Source: Synechococcus sp.
GTDB taxonomy: Bacteria; Cyanobacteriota; Cyanobacteriia; Thermostichales; PCC-7336
DNA: 64,000 bases
Assembly (NCBI GenBank): GCA_051439425.1
Contig: JBFRWD010000078.1
Span: 1-64,000, forward strand
Reading direction: 5' to 3'
The position numbers and the translations under genes were made by a program. Positions 21,043 to 31,038 of this stretch are shown here, one piece after another. Numbering within the stretch: the stretch's first letter is position 1; every line of letters starts with the position of its first letter. Under the pieces are notes generated by a model. That model did no database searches, was not told the DNA's origin, and worked only from the letters and a program-made list of their open reading frames with translations.

Positions 21043-22560
21043 CTATGCACCGCTCTCCTGTACTCCCACATGTAGGGTTTTGACCCATTTCAATTGCTTG
21101 GCTCGCACGCACATTTTGGCCGTGGTCAGAATCATGACGGGAATCCAATGGAGCATGTAGACAGTGCCCACCACTGTAGTTCGCAATAGCTCGATCCCTT
21201 TCATGTCGTGGGTTCGGTACAGGCCACGCGCCATGCTGATGCTGCTAAAGCTAACCATGATTAAGCTTAGGGGCCACAGCACAAAGGTGTGGCTATGAAG
21301 TACCGCCATAAGGAAATCAGGGATAGCGGCGATCGGTAATAGGTACTGAATCAAAAAGAAGATCGCCAAGTCAAAGGTTTTTGCACTGCCCAATCGGTTT
21401 TTCAAAATCCCCGGCCAGTAATCCAGATATCGCTGGTATCCTCCTTCGGCCCAACGAGTTCGCTGCGGCCACAAATTTGCCCAGCTCACTACACCTTCTT
21501 CCCACACGGCAGGAGTAGAGAGAAATGCAACATCCTGACCAAAGAGGTGCAATCGGAAGGTTAAATCGAGATCGTCAGTGATGGTTGCTTCGTTCCAGCC
21601 ATCAATTTGTTCCAGTACGGTGCGACGCACTAGCTGACCGTTGCCGCGCAGTTCTCCTAAGCCGCCGATCGCCCGCCGCTGCTGCTGAAAATAGCTATCC
21701 AGGGCCATTTCCGCCATTTGATTGCGGGTCCAGAAATTTTCGTCGCTATTGGCGATCGCCTTGCGCAATTGTAAGGCTGCGACCTCCGGCTTCTCTTGAA
21801 ACACCGCCAGCGATCGACGCAGGAAATCGGTAGGAACCGCTGCATCGGCATCCAGAATACCGACAATCTCGCCAGAGGTCAGAGGCAGCACCTCGTTTAA
21901 TGCTCCGGATTTACCGCCACCAGCCCCTTCTTTCCGCTGATAGACGTGCAGTTGAGGGAATCGCTGACTCCAAAGCTGCAATTGTTCGGCAGTATCGTCC
22001 GTGCTGGCATCATCAATCGCCCACACCTCCAAGCGATCGGCAGGGTAGTCGAGCGCTTGCAGGCTAGAAAGAAGATGGGAGATCACCAACGACTCATTTT
22101 TCGCCGGAATCATGAGGGAAACGAGAGGTACCTCAAGCGATGAAGCTTGTGTTGAGGCAGGTTCTGCGGAGAACACCTCGTGCTGTTGTGACTGCTGGCT
22201 GAAATGGGCTCGATCTCGATTGACATTGGCTGCCAAATCACCACCTGTCAAATCAGCACCTGAAGGAGTGGCAGAGTCTGGAGCCGAGGCACTGGTGGTG
22301 AATTCAAGCGTAGCTGGAGACGTAAAGGGGGCGGCGATTGTTAAGCGACCGGCATAGACCACCATGCTGGCCGCCAGTCCAGTAACGGCCCAGCGGGTGA
22401 CGGGAACAATGTGCAGAACAATGACAACCATCCAGACACAAAGCAGCACCAAGCTAGCCTTCACCCTTCGTCGTGCCGACAAAATTAATGGGGGATCGAT
22501 GTTTAGAGCGTCACTCTCAGGATCGTCGCGATCGGACGGGAACGGCGTCTGGCTCAACAC
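21043..22560 (-). CDS. mgdA: GT2 glycosyltransferase, monoglucosyldiacylglycerol synthase
   Basis: PAKNE, GGGKSGALN, DAD, GELRGNGQ, TITDDLDL, QRTRWAEGGYQRYLDYW and WVKTLH match cyanobacterial MgdA. GTG at 22560 has a GGAGG RBS. Confidence 0.88.
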   Translation of the reverse strand: MLSQTPFPSDRDDPESDALNIDPPLILSARRRVKASLVLLCVWMVVIVLHIVPVTRWAVTGLAASMVVYAGRLTIAAPFTSPATLEFTTSASAPDSATPSGADLTGGDLAANVNRDRAHFSQQSQQHEVFSAEPASTQASSLEVPLVSLMIPAKNESLVISHLLSSLQALDYPADRLEVWAIDDASTDDTAEQLQLWSQRFPQLHVYQRKEGAGGGKSGALNEVLPLTSGEIVGILDADAAVPTDFLRRSLAVFQEKPEVAALQLRKAIANSDENFWTRNQMAEMALDSYFQQQRRAIGGLGELRGNGQLVRRTVLEQIDGWNEATITDDLDLTFRLHLFGQDVAFLSTPAVWEEGVVSWANLWPQRTRWAEGGYQRYLDYWPGILKNRLGSAKTFDLAIFFLIQYLLPIAAIPDFLMAVLHSHTFVLWPLSLIMVSFSSISMARGLYRTHDMKGIELLRTTVVGTVYMLHWIPVMILTTAKMCVRAKQLKWVKTLHVGVQESGA

Positions 22561-22843
22561 GGAAGTATCACCTCCAACGATTTGGGAACACGTCTTCGCC
22601 ACGCTACCTACAGTTGTAAGATGACACGGCACCTAAACACAATCAGGGCCAACACAATTCACTCGTGTCAGCCCTCTCATCGTCAGTGCGATTTGCGCGA
22701 ACGCGCAGGTACAAATCGGCAGAAACCAGCCTCCCCTTCAATTCAGTATCAAGTAGCCTCTGCAGAGATCTAATTCTGTGGGAAAGGGTACGAGAAGGAC
22801 AGTCAGAGAGCTGCACGGCCAAAGACATTCAGCGGGAGCGAAC

Positions 22844-23311
22844 TTACCCAAGGTTCCCGCGAATCTCTTTGATAATTTCATCTTCAAGCACAATTTCCAC
22901 CCGCAGCTTCTCGCCTAAGTTGTCACCAGGAGATACGCGGCAGTAGCTGTCCAGATTCGTTTGTAGGGTGATTTCCTTGTACAGCTCCATGTTGGAAATT
23001 TGATTGAGCTGCTGCAATAACCCATTTTTTTGATTGAGCAGCTTGGCTTTCTGGGAGTTCACCTGCGCGTTAATGGCTTCGATCCGCTGGGTAGCCTCGG
23101 GACCTGCAGGCTGAATCGTTTGTTTCTCAATTTCAGCGATCGCGCGCTTCGCTTGAGACTCAAGCAGTTGTATCTGGTTGTCTAGACCTTGAACCTGTTG
23201 CTGAACTTGCTCTTGGGTTTTGGCCTTAAACCCCTCGGTCACAATTGCCTTCACGATGACACTGCGCTTGAGCAGCAAAGAGGGAGCATTGTCGGAGGAG
23301 TTATCGTCCAT
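22844..23311 (-). CDS. YlqD family protein
   Basis: LLLKRSVIVKAIVT start, central coiled coil, VEIVLEDEIIKEIRG end. Directly downstream of aas, as is usual in cyanobacteria. Confidence 0.85.
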   Translation of the reverse strand: MDDNSSDNAPSLLLKRSVIVKAIVTEGFKAKTQEQVQQQVQGLDNQIQLLESQAKRAIAEIEKQTIQPAGPEATQRIEAINAQVNSQKAKLLNQKNGLLQQLNQISNMELYKEITLQTNLDSYCRVSPGDNLGEKLRVEIVLEDEIIKEIRGNLG

Positions 23312-23375
23312 GAATTTTGTAAATGTACTCAAGGCTACAAAACCAACGGTAAGTTTATGACCCTACAAGACTACC

Positions 23376-25322
23376 TCACCCCTGGTCGTATAGCTCGGCG
23401 ATCGTCTGGGCATAAGTCTCCGCCACTCTATTGCGCCGCACCTTGTAGGTCTGAGTCATCAAACCGTTCTCGATGGTGAAGGGCTCGGGCACAAAACGAA
23501 ACTCACGTATCAGCTCGTCGGGACGATAACCCACCCGCTGTTTCAGGCGTTGTTGTAAGTCATCGAGCACCGCTTTTTGAACTGTGGACCGAGATAGGAG
23601 TAGTTGCGAAGCTTCGTCGGAGATGGCCCATCGGCTGGGATCGCTGGTATCCGTAAGTGCTTGCTCCCCAGTTGCGATGCTGTCTCCAAAATCTTGCATC
23701 AACGCAGCAACGTTGGGATAAACCAATGCCGCCAGCCGCTTTCGATCTTGCCCCACCATGACAATCTGATCTACCCATGGGCTTTGAGCACAGGTATCTT
23801 CCAAAGGTTGAGGTTCGATGTTTTCGCCGTTGGTGAGCACGATGGTGTCTTTTGCCCGACCGGTAAGGACTAATTGCCCATCGGGGGTTAGCCATCCTAA
23901 GTCACCGGTATCGAACCAGCCCTCTTCATCCAAAACTTTGTGAGTCGCTTCGGGATTTTGGTAGTAGCCCACCATCACCTGCGGCCCCCGCGCCCTCACC
24001 AGTCCACGGTTTTTTCTGGCCGCCAGCATGGTGGTTTGGTAGGGCAGTGGCTCTAGAGTTTCGGGGGTGCAGATTTGAATTTCTGTGTCGGGCAGGGGCA
24101 GTCCTGACGTGCCTCGAACATTGCGTTGGGAGCGGCGACAGGTCAAGACAGGAGACGTTTCTGTAAGGCCGTAACCCACCAGAATCTGAACCCCAATGGT
24201 TTCGTAAAAGGTTTCCAAGTGACCGGCGAGAGATCCACCACCACTGATGGCATAAGTAAAGTTTGGACCGACAGCTTCACGCACTTTGCAATACACCAGC
24301 TTTTCACCTAACAGGTGAATGGGGGTCAGCAATGCTCGTTGCAGTCCAACCCAGATGAATTGAGGCAAGGTTAACGCGTTGGAGAACAAGGATTGGTTGG
24401 TGAGCTTGCGACCCAATTCCACCCAGCGACTGCTCTGGGCAAAGCAGAAGAAGATGACCGCTTGCAAGGTAGATGATTTTTCGCGAAATTGCCGCTGGGC
24501 TCCTTCATAGACGGTTTCCCAAATACGCGGGACGGCCACCATGTAGTGAGGTTGATATCGCTTTAAATCCTCTTTGATGTAGCGGCGGGAGGTGTAGACC
24601 ATTTCGCAGCCGCGAGACAGCAAAAAGTATTCGCCAGCCCGTTCGTAGGAATGCCAAGTGGGTAGGATGCTCAAGAATCTCTGACCGGCTTTCACTTCCG
24701 GTAATGCTTCGGAGATCGCCTCCACTTGATGCATCAAGTTCTGTTGCAAGAGCATGACCCCTTTCGGCCGTCCGGTGGTACCGGAGGTGTAGATGATGGT
24801 GGCCAGGGTGGAGCGATCGCAAAATGGGACGTCCAACGTATGTCCCTTACCCCGTTCGAGCAATTCGTCGTAGCCGACGCATCCGGGGGCGGGGTCACCG
24901 TAAAGCTGAATGATGCATTGGATGGAGCCCAGCGCTTCGCCGTCTTTAAGACGCTCGATAACCGTAGCGTTCTCGGCAACCAGTACAGTGCTACCGCTGT
25001 GTTCGATGATGTAGCTGAGTTCGGAGACGGGGGCAGTGGCGCCACGAGGGACGTTGACGGCTCCGGCCAATAGGCTGCCTTGGTCAGCGATCAGCCAACG
25101 GGGGGAGTTCTCGGCAGCTATCGCCAGTCGGGCCCCCTGTTTTACCCCCAAGGCCTGCAATCCAGCGGCAAATTGCCGAATCACGTCATTCAACTGTTGA
25201 TAGGTGTATTGTTCTTCAGGCTTGGAATGAGGGGCCCACAGCGCCAGTTGGTTGGGATAGAGCTTGGCATTTTTAGCCCAAAGGTCGCCGAGAGTGACAG
25301 GAGTCGCTGCATTGAATGTCAT
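23376..25322 (-). CDS. aas: Long-chain acyl-ACP/acyl-CoA synthetase
   Basis: YTSGTTGRPKG AMP-binding motif, GYGLTETSP, WFDTGDLG, GRAKDTIVLTNGENIEP. Confidence 0.9.
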   Translation of the reverse strand: MTFNAATPVTLGDLWAKNAKLYPNQLALWAPHSKPEEQYTYQQLNDVIRQFAAGLQALGVKQGARLAIAAENSPRWLIADQGSLLAGAVNVPRGATAPVSELSYIIEHSGSTVLVAENATVIERLKDGEALGSIQCIIQLYGDPAPGCVGYDELLERGKGHTLDVPFCDRSTLATIIYTSGTTGRPKGVMLLQQNLMHQVEAISEALPEVKAGQRFLSILPTWHSYERAGEYFLLSRGCEMVYTSRRYIKEDLKRYQPHYMVAVPRIWETVYEGAQRQFREKSSTLQAVIFFCFAQSSRWVELGRKLTNQSLFSNALTLPQFIWVGLQRALLTPIHLLGEKLVYCKVREAVGPNFTYAISGGGSLAGHLETFYETIGVQILVGYGLTETSPVLTCRRSQRNVRGTSGLPLPDTEIQICTPETLEPLPYQTTMLAARKNRGLVRARGPQVMVGYYQNPEATHKVLDEEGWFDTGDLGWLTPDGQLVLTGRAKDTIVLTNGENIEPQPLEDTCAQSPWVDQIVMVGQDRKRLAALVYPNVAALMQDFGDSIATGEQALTDTSDPSRWAISDEASQLLLSRSTVQKAVLDDLQQRLKQRVGYRPDELIREFRFVPEPFTIENGLMTQTYKVRRNRVAETYAQTIAELYDQG

Positions 25323-25863
25323 GAAACCGAAATAGGAAGAGGATCGGGCTGCAAGTATGTGTGGCTGTCGAACCCTGCAAATAAAGGGCTTCACTGTCAG
25401 ATTACGACCACATAGGACTTCTGTGTGCTCAACATTTACACGGATTAGGTCGAGCTTCTTCTTTCAGCCGCTAGTTTGGGGCTGACGTCTAAATCCAGTT
25501 GGACTTTAACGTATTTGAGCGGTACTCCAACGTTTTAAATAATGCCGTTCCTGAGAGCGCATACTCATGTTGAAATTTCCTTGATGAAAGCTTGATTTGC
25601 TAATTTCAATAAAAAATCGCTGGCTCTTAGAAAGAGGCCAATGATCGTATAACAGGGCTCTACCACTGCGAACATTTCAGCCACGTTAAACTCTGGCTGC
25701 GATTGGAAACCTTTTTACTAATTGAAATGGAAAACGCTACCTACCTCTGGCAAATCACCTGATAGAGTACTCAGCTAATTTCTTTGCCCCATCAAGGCTT
25801 GAGCCTGCTTACGACTCTCGTTCTTAACGGAGGTTTTTATGTGCCGCAGGCAACAGAGAGTAT

Positions 25864-27021
25864 TTACAATCCCGCCAGCACTTTAGACGCAGCCGTCACG
25901 CCAGCACCTGGAGTAAAGGTGTGGCCCAGCTCTATCAGCGCTGCCTCGATCGCGCTAAACGTCGTCAGCACATCGCGATCGCAGATAAAGCCGAGGTGCC
26001 CCACCCGGAAGATCTTGCCCTTGTAAGAATCCTGCCCAGCAGCCAAAGCAATATCGAACCGCTTCATCACAATGGAGCGAATATCTTCGGCATTAATCCC
26101 CTCGGGGGCCACAATCGCCGTCACAGCAGTGCTGGCGGACGCATCATCCGCAGCTAGCAGGCCGAGGCCGAGTGCCTTAGCCCCCGCCCGAGTCGCATTG
26201 CGCAGCTTCAAATGGCGAGCAAAAATATCCTCCAGTCCTTCTTCCTTCATCAGGTTGAGAGAAGCCTGCAAGGCATAAATCAGGTTGACGGCTGGGGTAA
26301 ACGGCGTGGTGTTCTTGCCCAAACTCTTCTTCGCAGCCGCAAAGCTCCAATAATACTTCGGCATCTTGGAGGTAGCGACCGCAGCCATTGCTCGCTCGCT
26401 GACCGCAACAAACCCCAATCCAGGCGGAATCATATAACCCTTTTGGGAACCTGAGGCCACGATATCCAGGCCCCACTCATCCATCGGTACGCTGATGGCC
26501 CCCACACTGGTGACACCATCGACAATGACTAATGCTTCGCCGTGCTCTTTGGCCAGCTTGGCGATCGCCTGCACGTCATTCAGCACCGCACTGGAGGTTT
26601 CACTGTGGGTGAGAATCACTGCTTTAATCGTTTTCTCGCTGTCGGCACTTAGCTTCTCGGCAAATGCCTCGACAGGATAGGGAACTCCCCACTCAGACTC
26701 AATCCGTTCGCACTGCAGGCCAAACGTATCGGCCATATCTGCCCACCGCTCACCGAACTTGCCATTCACCCCACACAACACGCGATCGCCAGGGCTAAGC
26801 ACGTTCACCATGCCTGCTTCCATCGCCCCAGTCCCGCTGGCAGATAGGATAAAGACATCATTCTGAGTCTGATGCAACCAACGCAAGCCATCGGTCACCT
26901 CGGCAATCACCGCAGAAAATCCTGGGCTGCGATGGCCTTCGGGATGCTTGGCCAGGGCCAGTAACGCACTCTCGGGAACGGGGGTAGGTCCCGGAATCAT
27001 CAGTTGCAGCTTCTCTTTCAC
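25864..27021 (-). CDS. Class V aminotransferase (alanine/serine-glyoxylate aminotransferase family)
   Basis: LMIPGPTP, HSETS, SGSQKGYMIPPGL (PLP lysine), FRVGHLG. GTG start at 27021 with a GAAGGGG RBS; the longer ORF-track start overlaps the NACHT gene. Confidence 0.93.
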   Translation of the reverse strand: MKEKLQLMIPGPTPVPESALLALAKHPEGHRSPGFSAVIAEVTDGLRWLHQTQNDVFILSASGTGAMEAGMVNVLSPGDRVLCGVNGKFGERWADMADTFGLQCERIESEWGVPYPVEAFAEKLSADSEKTIKAVILTHSETSSAVLNDVQAIAKLAKEHGEALVIVDGVTSVGAISVPMDEWGLDIVASGSQKGYMIPPGLGFVAVSERAMAAVATSKMPKYYWSFAAAKKSLGKNTTPFTPAVNLIYALQASLNLMKEEGLEDIFARHLKLRNATRAGAKALGLGLLAADDASASTAVTAIVAPEGINAEDIRSIVMKRFDIALAAGQDSYKGKIFRVGHLGFICDRDVLTTFSAIEAALIELGHTFTPGAGVTAASKVLAGL

Positions 27022-27149
27022 GTTCGCCCCTTCCACATCTCGACTCAGCCCCAACATTTTTACATGCACTATCGGCGACAGAGCACCAAGTTCAGATTGA
27101 GCACATAATTTGCCAATGCCCCCTCTCAAACAGAGTTCGATAACTCTCA

Positions 27150-28979
27150 TCACTGCGTGGGTGTGAAATAGTCCTGGATAACCGGGTGGATAAACCGGTA
27201 GCGATCGCCCACCTTCTGGAGCAGGTTGACGGCAACACACTCATCCAAAAACTGTCGATAGTTCCAGGGAGCACGCCCGCTGAGCAACAGTATCAATCGC
27301 AGCCACCACCGCTGAATACTTCGCCCTGCCCCCCCCTGAATCCAGTCTTCTTCGCTAAATTCTGTGTGGGTAAATTGCCCTCCCAAATCACCCACCAACC
27401 ATCCGCTGAGGCCAAACCAGGTGACGCCAGCCAGCATCAACCCCAACCCCAACCTCAGACCGCTACCAAAGACGCCAACCGAGACAACCGCTAACAAGGC
27501 GATCGGACTGTAAAGGAGCACCACATTAGCCAACTGATGCCACCCAAACCGCTGCGATTGCCGCCACTCGGATAGAGATGGCTCAGCACTGAGTGCCATC
27601 ACATTTCCCACACCCAGTGCAGCGTAAACCACAGCCGCACAAATCGCCCCCGTAAAGCCCCCTCCAATCGCCCCAACCAAGCCTCCAACCAGTCCAAACG
27701 TCGCACTCACTCCAATCCTGTACTGAACCAACAGGGAAGGGTGTCTCAAGCTCGTCAGAGGATACAAAGCACTAACCTGAAACTCGGGGGAAGAGGTCAC
27801 CTGCATCTGTCGAGCCAGCCAGGTCAGCAAACGCAAAACCAAAGAGGGAGGGTAGCGCCAGATGCGATTCATGCTGCTGCACACGTACATCTGAATCAGG
27901 TAGGTGTTGGGGCGCTGGGTAGACAATAGTCGCTCGATAGCAGAAGAGGAGTGGCGATCCACAAACACCAACATGCACAGAAAGGCTGGAGCCCGAACAA
28001 ACTCGCTAAGAGCTGAATTGTTTTGCAGATATGGGGTGAGGTGAACGCTACCCAAGCTATGCAGTACCGATGTCACCTGCTGGGCAGACAGCGCCTCGAT
28101 CGTCGCCACGGTATCCACCAGCAGTGGAAGTGACAGATCGTCGTAAGCGGACGAGCGACAGCATATGACGGGAGCATAGCTACGGGGGCGATCGCTGGAC
28201 TCTTGCCCAAAGTCCCGAGCTAACCAGCGATTGAGTGCTTGAAGGCAAGCCGCTTGGAAGGTACGTTCTACCTCATCCAGTCCATCCAATAGGGGCCAAA
28301 TACTTCCCTCTTGCACCCACTGGTGTGCAACATTAGGTGGAATATCGTATTTTGCAACCAGCTCTCCTGCAATCCACAGGGGGATGGGTTGCTTCTGGTC
28401 CCCCCATGAAGACAAGTCAAGTAACACGGGGATGGGAGAGCCCGAATCAGCATCAGAAAATTCAGCATCGGGACCTGATTTAGACTGCTGCAGTTGTCTA
28501 GCCGCAAGGTCGAGCAAGGTTGTCGTCTTGCCACCCCCCGCCCCCCCCAAGATCAGCAATGGCTCCAGCGGCGGAGAGAGGGTCTTTTGAATGCGCACGA
28601 GCGACTGAATGCTCGTGCCATCGCCCTTAGGCCGAGAGGTTTGATTAGGCTCCCCCGTCTGCTGAGCTATCTCCAGGCGCGATGGCAGGCGAACAACACT
28701 GTAGGCCCAAGGGCGAGTGGGGATAGATGCAAGCCCATTGGGCGAATCGCGATGCCCTGTTAGTTGAGCGTATAGCGACTGATTGATTCGCTCGCAGACC
28801 TCGGCATGTACTTGCCGCAGAAGATACTGTCGAGGCGACTGCTGCACGGACGGGCGATCCCGTAGCGGCCTGCCAGTGGATGACTCGCTAGTGGACTGGC
28901 TGCCTCGCCCCCCAACCGTTTCCACCCCATCGTTTTGGAAAAACGATTTAAGTCCAATAGCATGACCGATCTCGTACAT
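27150..28979 (-). CDS. NACHT-domain NTPase with C-terminal membrane helices
   Basis: Walker A ILGGAGGGKTT, PIPVLLDLSSW, Walker B PLLDGLDEV, Gly-rich TM segments, C-terminal YRFIHPVIQDYF. Confidence 0.88.
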   Translation of the reverse strand: MYEIGHAIGLKSFFQNDGVETVGGRGSQSTSESSTGRPLRDRPSVQQSPRQYLLRQVHAEVCERINQSLYAQLTGHRDSPNGLASIPTRPWAYSVVRLPSRLEIAQQTGEPNQTSRPKGDGTSIQSLVRIQKTLSPPLEPLLILGGAGGGKTTTLLDLAARQLQQSKSGPDAEFSDADSGSPIPVLLDLSSWGDQKQPIPLWIAGELVAKYDIPPNVAHQWVQEGSIWPLLDGLDEVERTFQAACLQALNRWLARDFGQESSDRPRSYAPVICCRSSAYDDLSLPLLVDTVATIEALSAQQVTSVLHSLGSVHLTPYLQNNSALSEFVRAPAFLCMLVFVDRHSSSAIERLLSTQRPNTYLIQMYVCSSMNRIWRYPPSLVLRLLTWLARQMQVTSSPEFQVSALYPLTSLRHPSLLVQYRIGVSATFGLVGGLVGAIGGGFTGAICAAVVYAALGVGNVMALSAEPSLSEWRQSQRFGWHQLANVVLLYSPIALLAVVSVGVFGSGLRLGLGLMLAGVTWFGLSGWLVGDLGGQFTHTEFSEEDWIQGGAGRSIQRWWLRLILLLSGRAPWNYRQFLDECVAVNLLQKVGDRYRFIHPVIQDYFTPTQ

Positions 28980-29502
28980 TGCCTACCTCACACATCACCC
29001 AACCCTCTAAACCACTGAATTGGAGAGGATAGCCCTCAGTAGAACTGGCAGGGACCAGTTATGCAGATGGCAGTTCTCGCCGCAGTTTAGGGCTCCAAAC
29101 ACTGTCAACCGATAGGAATTATCCTTACAGGCTGAGCATCACCCGGTATCGCACACTATATCGGGTATCGCATATCCCATACACAAACCGGCTGTTTCAC
29201 AACCCTCTATTCCATATCGAGCAAGTTGATGGGTGCACTAGACACCTAAAGCTGCCCGACATTGGGGAGAGGCGGAAGCTCTTCACTACTCGACAGGCTA
29301 TGGCCTTCGCGCTACTTCTCCGCCAGCACCGTAAGCATCGCAAGAGCAAGCTTCCACAATGCTCACAGGCGTTACACCCCTGCTACAAATCAACTCATCT
29401 CAGCAAAGCACTTACCGTCAAAGGCATGGCAATGGGAGTAAATACACCTGAACTATATCGGGACTATCCTGACGAGCAAGATGAACGATTGCCTACCCAT
29501 CA

Positions 29503-30003
29503 TTAGGGTTGACGCCGACGCCCTTTTCTCCACTTAGCCCCAGATTGCATGGGGCGTGGAAGAGAACTCTGGCATGTGTAGCCGCATCGCTTTAAGTAGT
29601 CCCACCCTCGTTGGGGCCAAACCTGCTGACCGGTGACCTGCTCGATCCACTTGGCCACCTTAGGCCCCGTCCAATCTCCACCATCAGCGTGGGGATGCTG
29701 CAGTGCGGACTGTAATTGCTGTAGTTGAGTATCGCTAAGGAGAGTGGGTCGCCCCCGACGATAGGGACGCTTGCGACCGTTACTCAATGCTTCCGGCCCC
29801 TTAGCGTTGTAAGCTTTGAGCACGTCTTTGGCGTAATCGTAGTTAATGCCTACCACTTCGGCGGCCTGTTTAAGCGATCGCCCCCGCTTGACTAACCACA
29901 TCAAGTGGTACCGGCGCCCCTCTACGGGATCGGTAGCTTTCTGGTAACGTCGCTTTAACTCGGTTTCGCTGAGATGGTCGGCAACAGTTGCATATCGCGG
30001 CAT
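29503..30003 (-). CDS. IS630 OrfA-like helix-turn-helix protein lacking a DDE domain
   Basis: HLSETELKRRY...PVEGRRYHLMWL, YNAKGPEAL and WTGPKVAKWI...QRGWDYLKR are typical of the N-terminal DNA-binding half of cyanobacterial IS630 transposases. Confidence 0.8.
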   Translation of the reverse strand: MPRYATVADHLSETELKRRYQKATDPVEGRRYHLMWLVKRGRSLKQAAEVVGINYDYAKDVLKAYNAKGPEALSNGRKRPYRRGRPTLLSDTQLQQLQSALQHPHADGGDWTGPKVAKWIEQVTGQQVWPQRGWDYLKRCGYTCQSSLPRPMQSGAKWRKGRRRQP

Positions 30004-30226
30004 GGTGAGGACTGGGCTGACCGAATTGGCACCAGTTTAGACGCATTTTCAAAGTGCGATCCGGATTTTTAGCGTTTATGGAAGGGCTTTACAGAGCGGA
30101 TTTTCTAGGGATAGTGCTTCAAGAATTAGTTGAAATATGACCTCAATTCGACGGGGAATTCCGATCGCAAAACTTCCATCAATGCATATTTTTCACCGAC
30201 ATCACATGACTCAATCGGTCGGGCCG

Positions 30227-30853
30227 CTAGCCTTCAAACAAGCGACCCGCATCCAGCCGCCATCGCCGGTCAGCAACCCCTTCCATGTATTTGGGATCGT
30301 GTGTCACCACTAAAATTGACCAATTTTGCTTCAACCGAGCTAATAACTCGACTGCCTGCCGACTCACCGACCAATCTAATCCTGCGGTGGGTTCGTCCAA
30401 TAAAAGCAACGAAGGACTGCGAACTAACTGGACGGCAAGCGCCAGTCGTCGCTGTTGGCCGCCACTCAATTCCAACGGCGATCGCTCCAGCGGAATGTCT
30501 TGCAAACCCACTTGTTCGAGTGCGTGGGTAACGTCATCCAATCGCAATTCCGGGTGGCCGAAGCGCAACTCCTCCACGACGGAAAAACCGCAGAAATGTC
30601 GCTCTGGAAATTGGAAAACCAGACCGGCTAACTGACGTAGCTGACGGGCTTGGAGGGGCTTATCGCACCAGCAGATTGACCCTTCTGTAGGGCGAGCCAA
30701 CCCTGCCATTATCTCCAGCAGGGTACTCTTTCCCGCTCCACTTGCCCCCACGATCGCTCCCAACTGCTTGGGAGCTAGCTGCAGAGAAATATCCCTCAGA
30801 ATGGGAAGAGCAGTAGCCGCAGGATGATAGGACAGGTTGTGAATAGAAAACAC
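30227..30853 (-). CDS. ABC transporter ATP-binding protein (EcfA/CbiO-like)
   Basis: GASGAGKST, VFQFPERHF, LSGGQQRR, LLLDEPTAGLD, VTHD. Confidence 0.92.
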   Translation of the reverse strand: MFSIHNLSYHPAATALPILRDISLQLAPKQLGAIVGASGAGKSTLLEIMAGLARPTEGSICWCDKPLQARQLRQLAGLVFQFPERHFCGFSVVEELRFGHPELRLDDVTHALEQVGLQDIPLERSPLELSGGQQRRLALAVQLVRSPSLLLLDEPTAGLDWSVSRQAVELLARLKQNWSILVVTHDPKYMEGVADRRWRLDAGRLFEG

Positions 30854-31038
30854 AGAGGTTCTGACAAGAGAGGACGCGATCTCGTGAGGGCTGCCCTCAG
30901 TGGACTGGATTCATCATGCCCCAGCAGAAATGAAACACCATAGACTGCAGGAATAACCATCGGCCCCGATCCGAGATAAGAGCATCAAGCGGGGTTAGGA
31001 TGGCTCGTTAACGCTCGGCTTGTTTCTCGCTAGCATAT

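Noticed and set aside
27022..27240. ORF-track N-terminal extension of the aminotransferase overlapping the NACHT gene (likewise the extended starts of nadD, crtQ, aas and mgdA)
   Set aside because: Family similarity begins at downstream starts, most with a plausible RBS. The extensions are longest-ORF artefacts.
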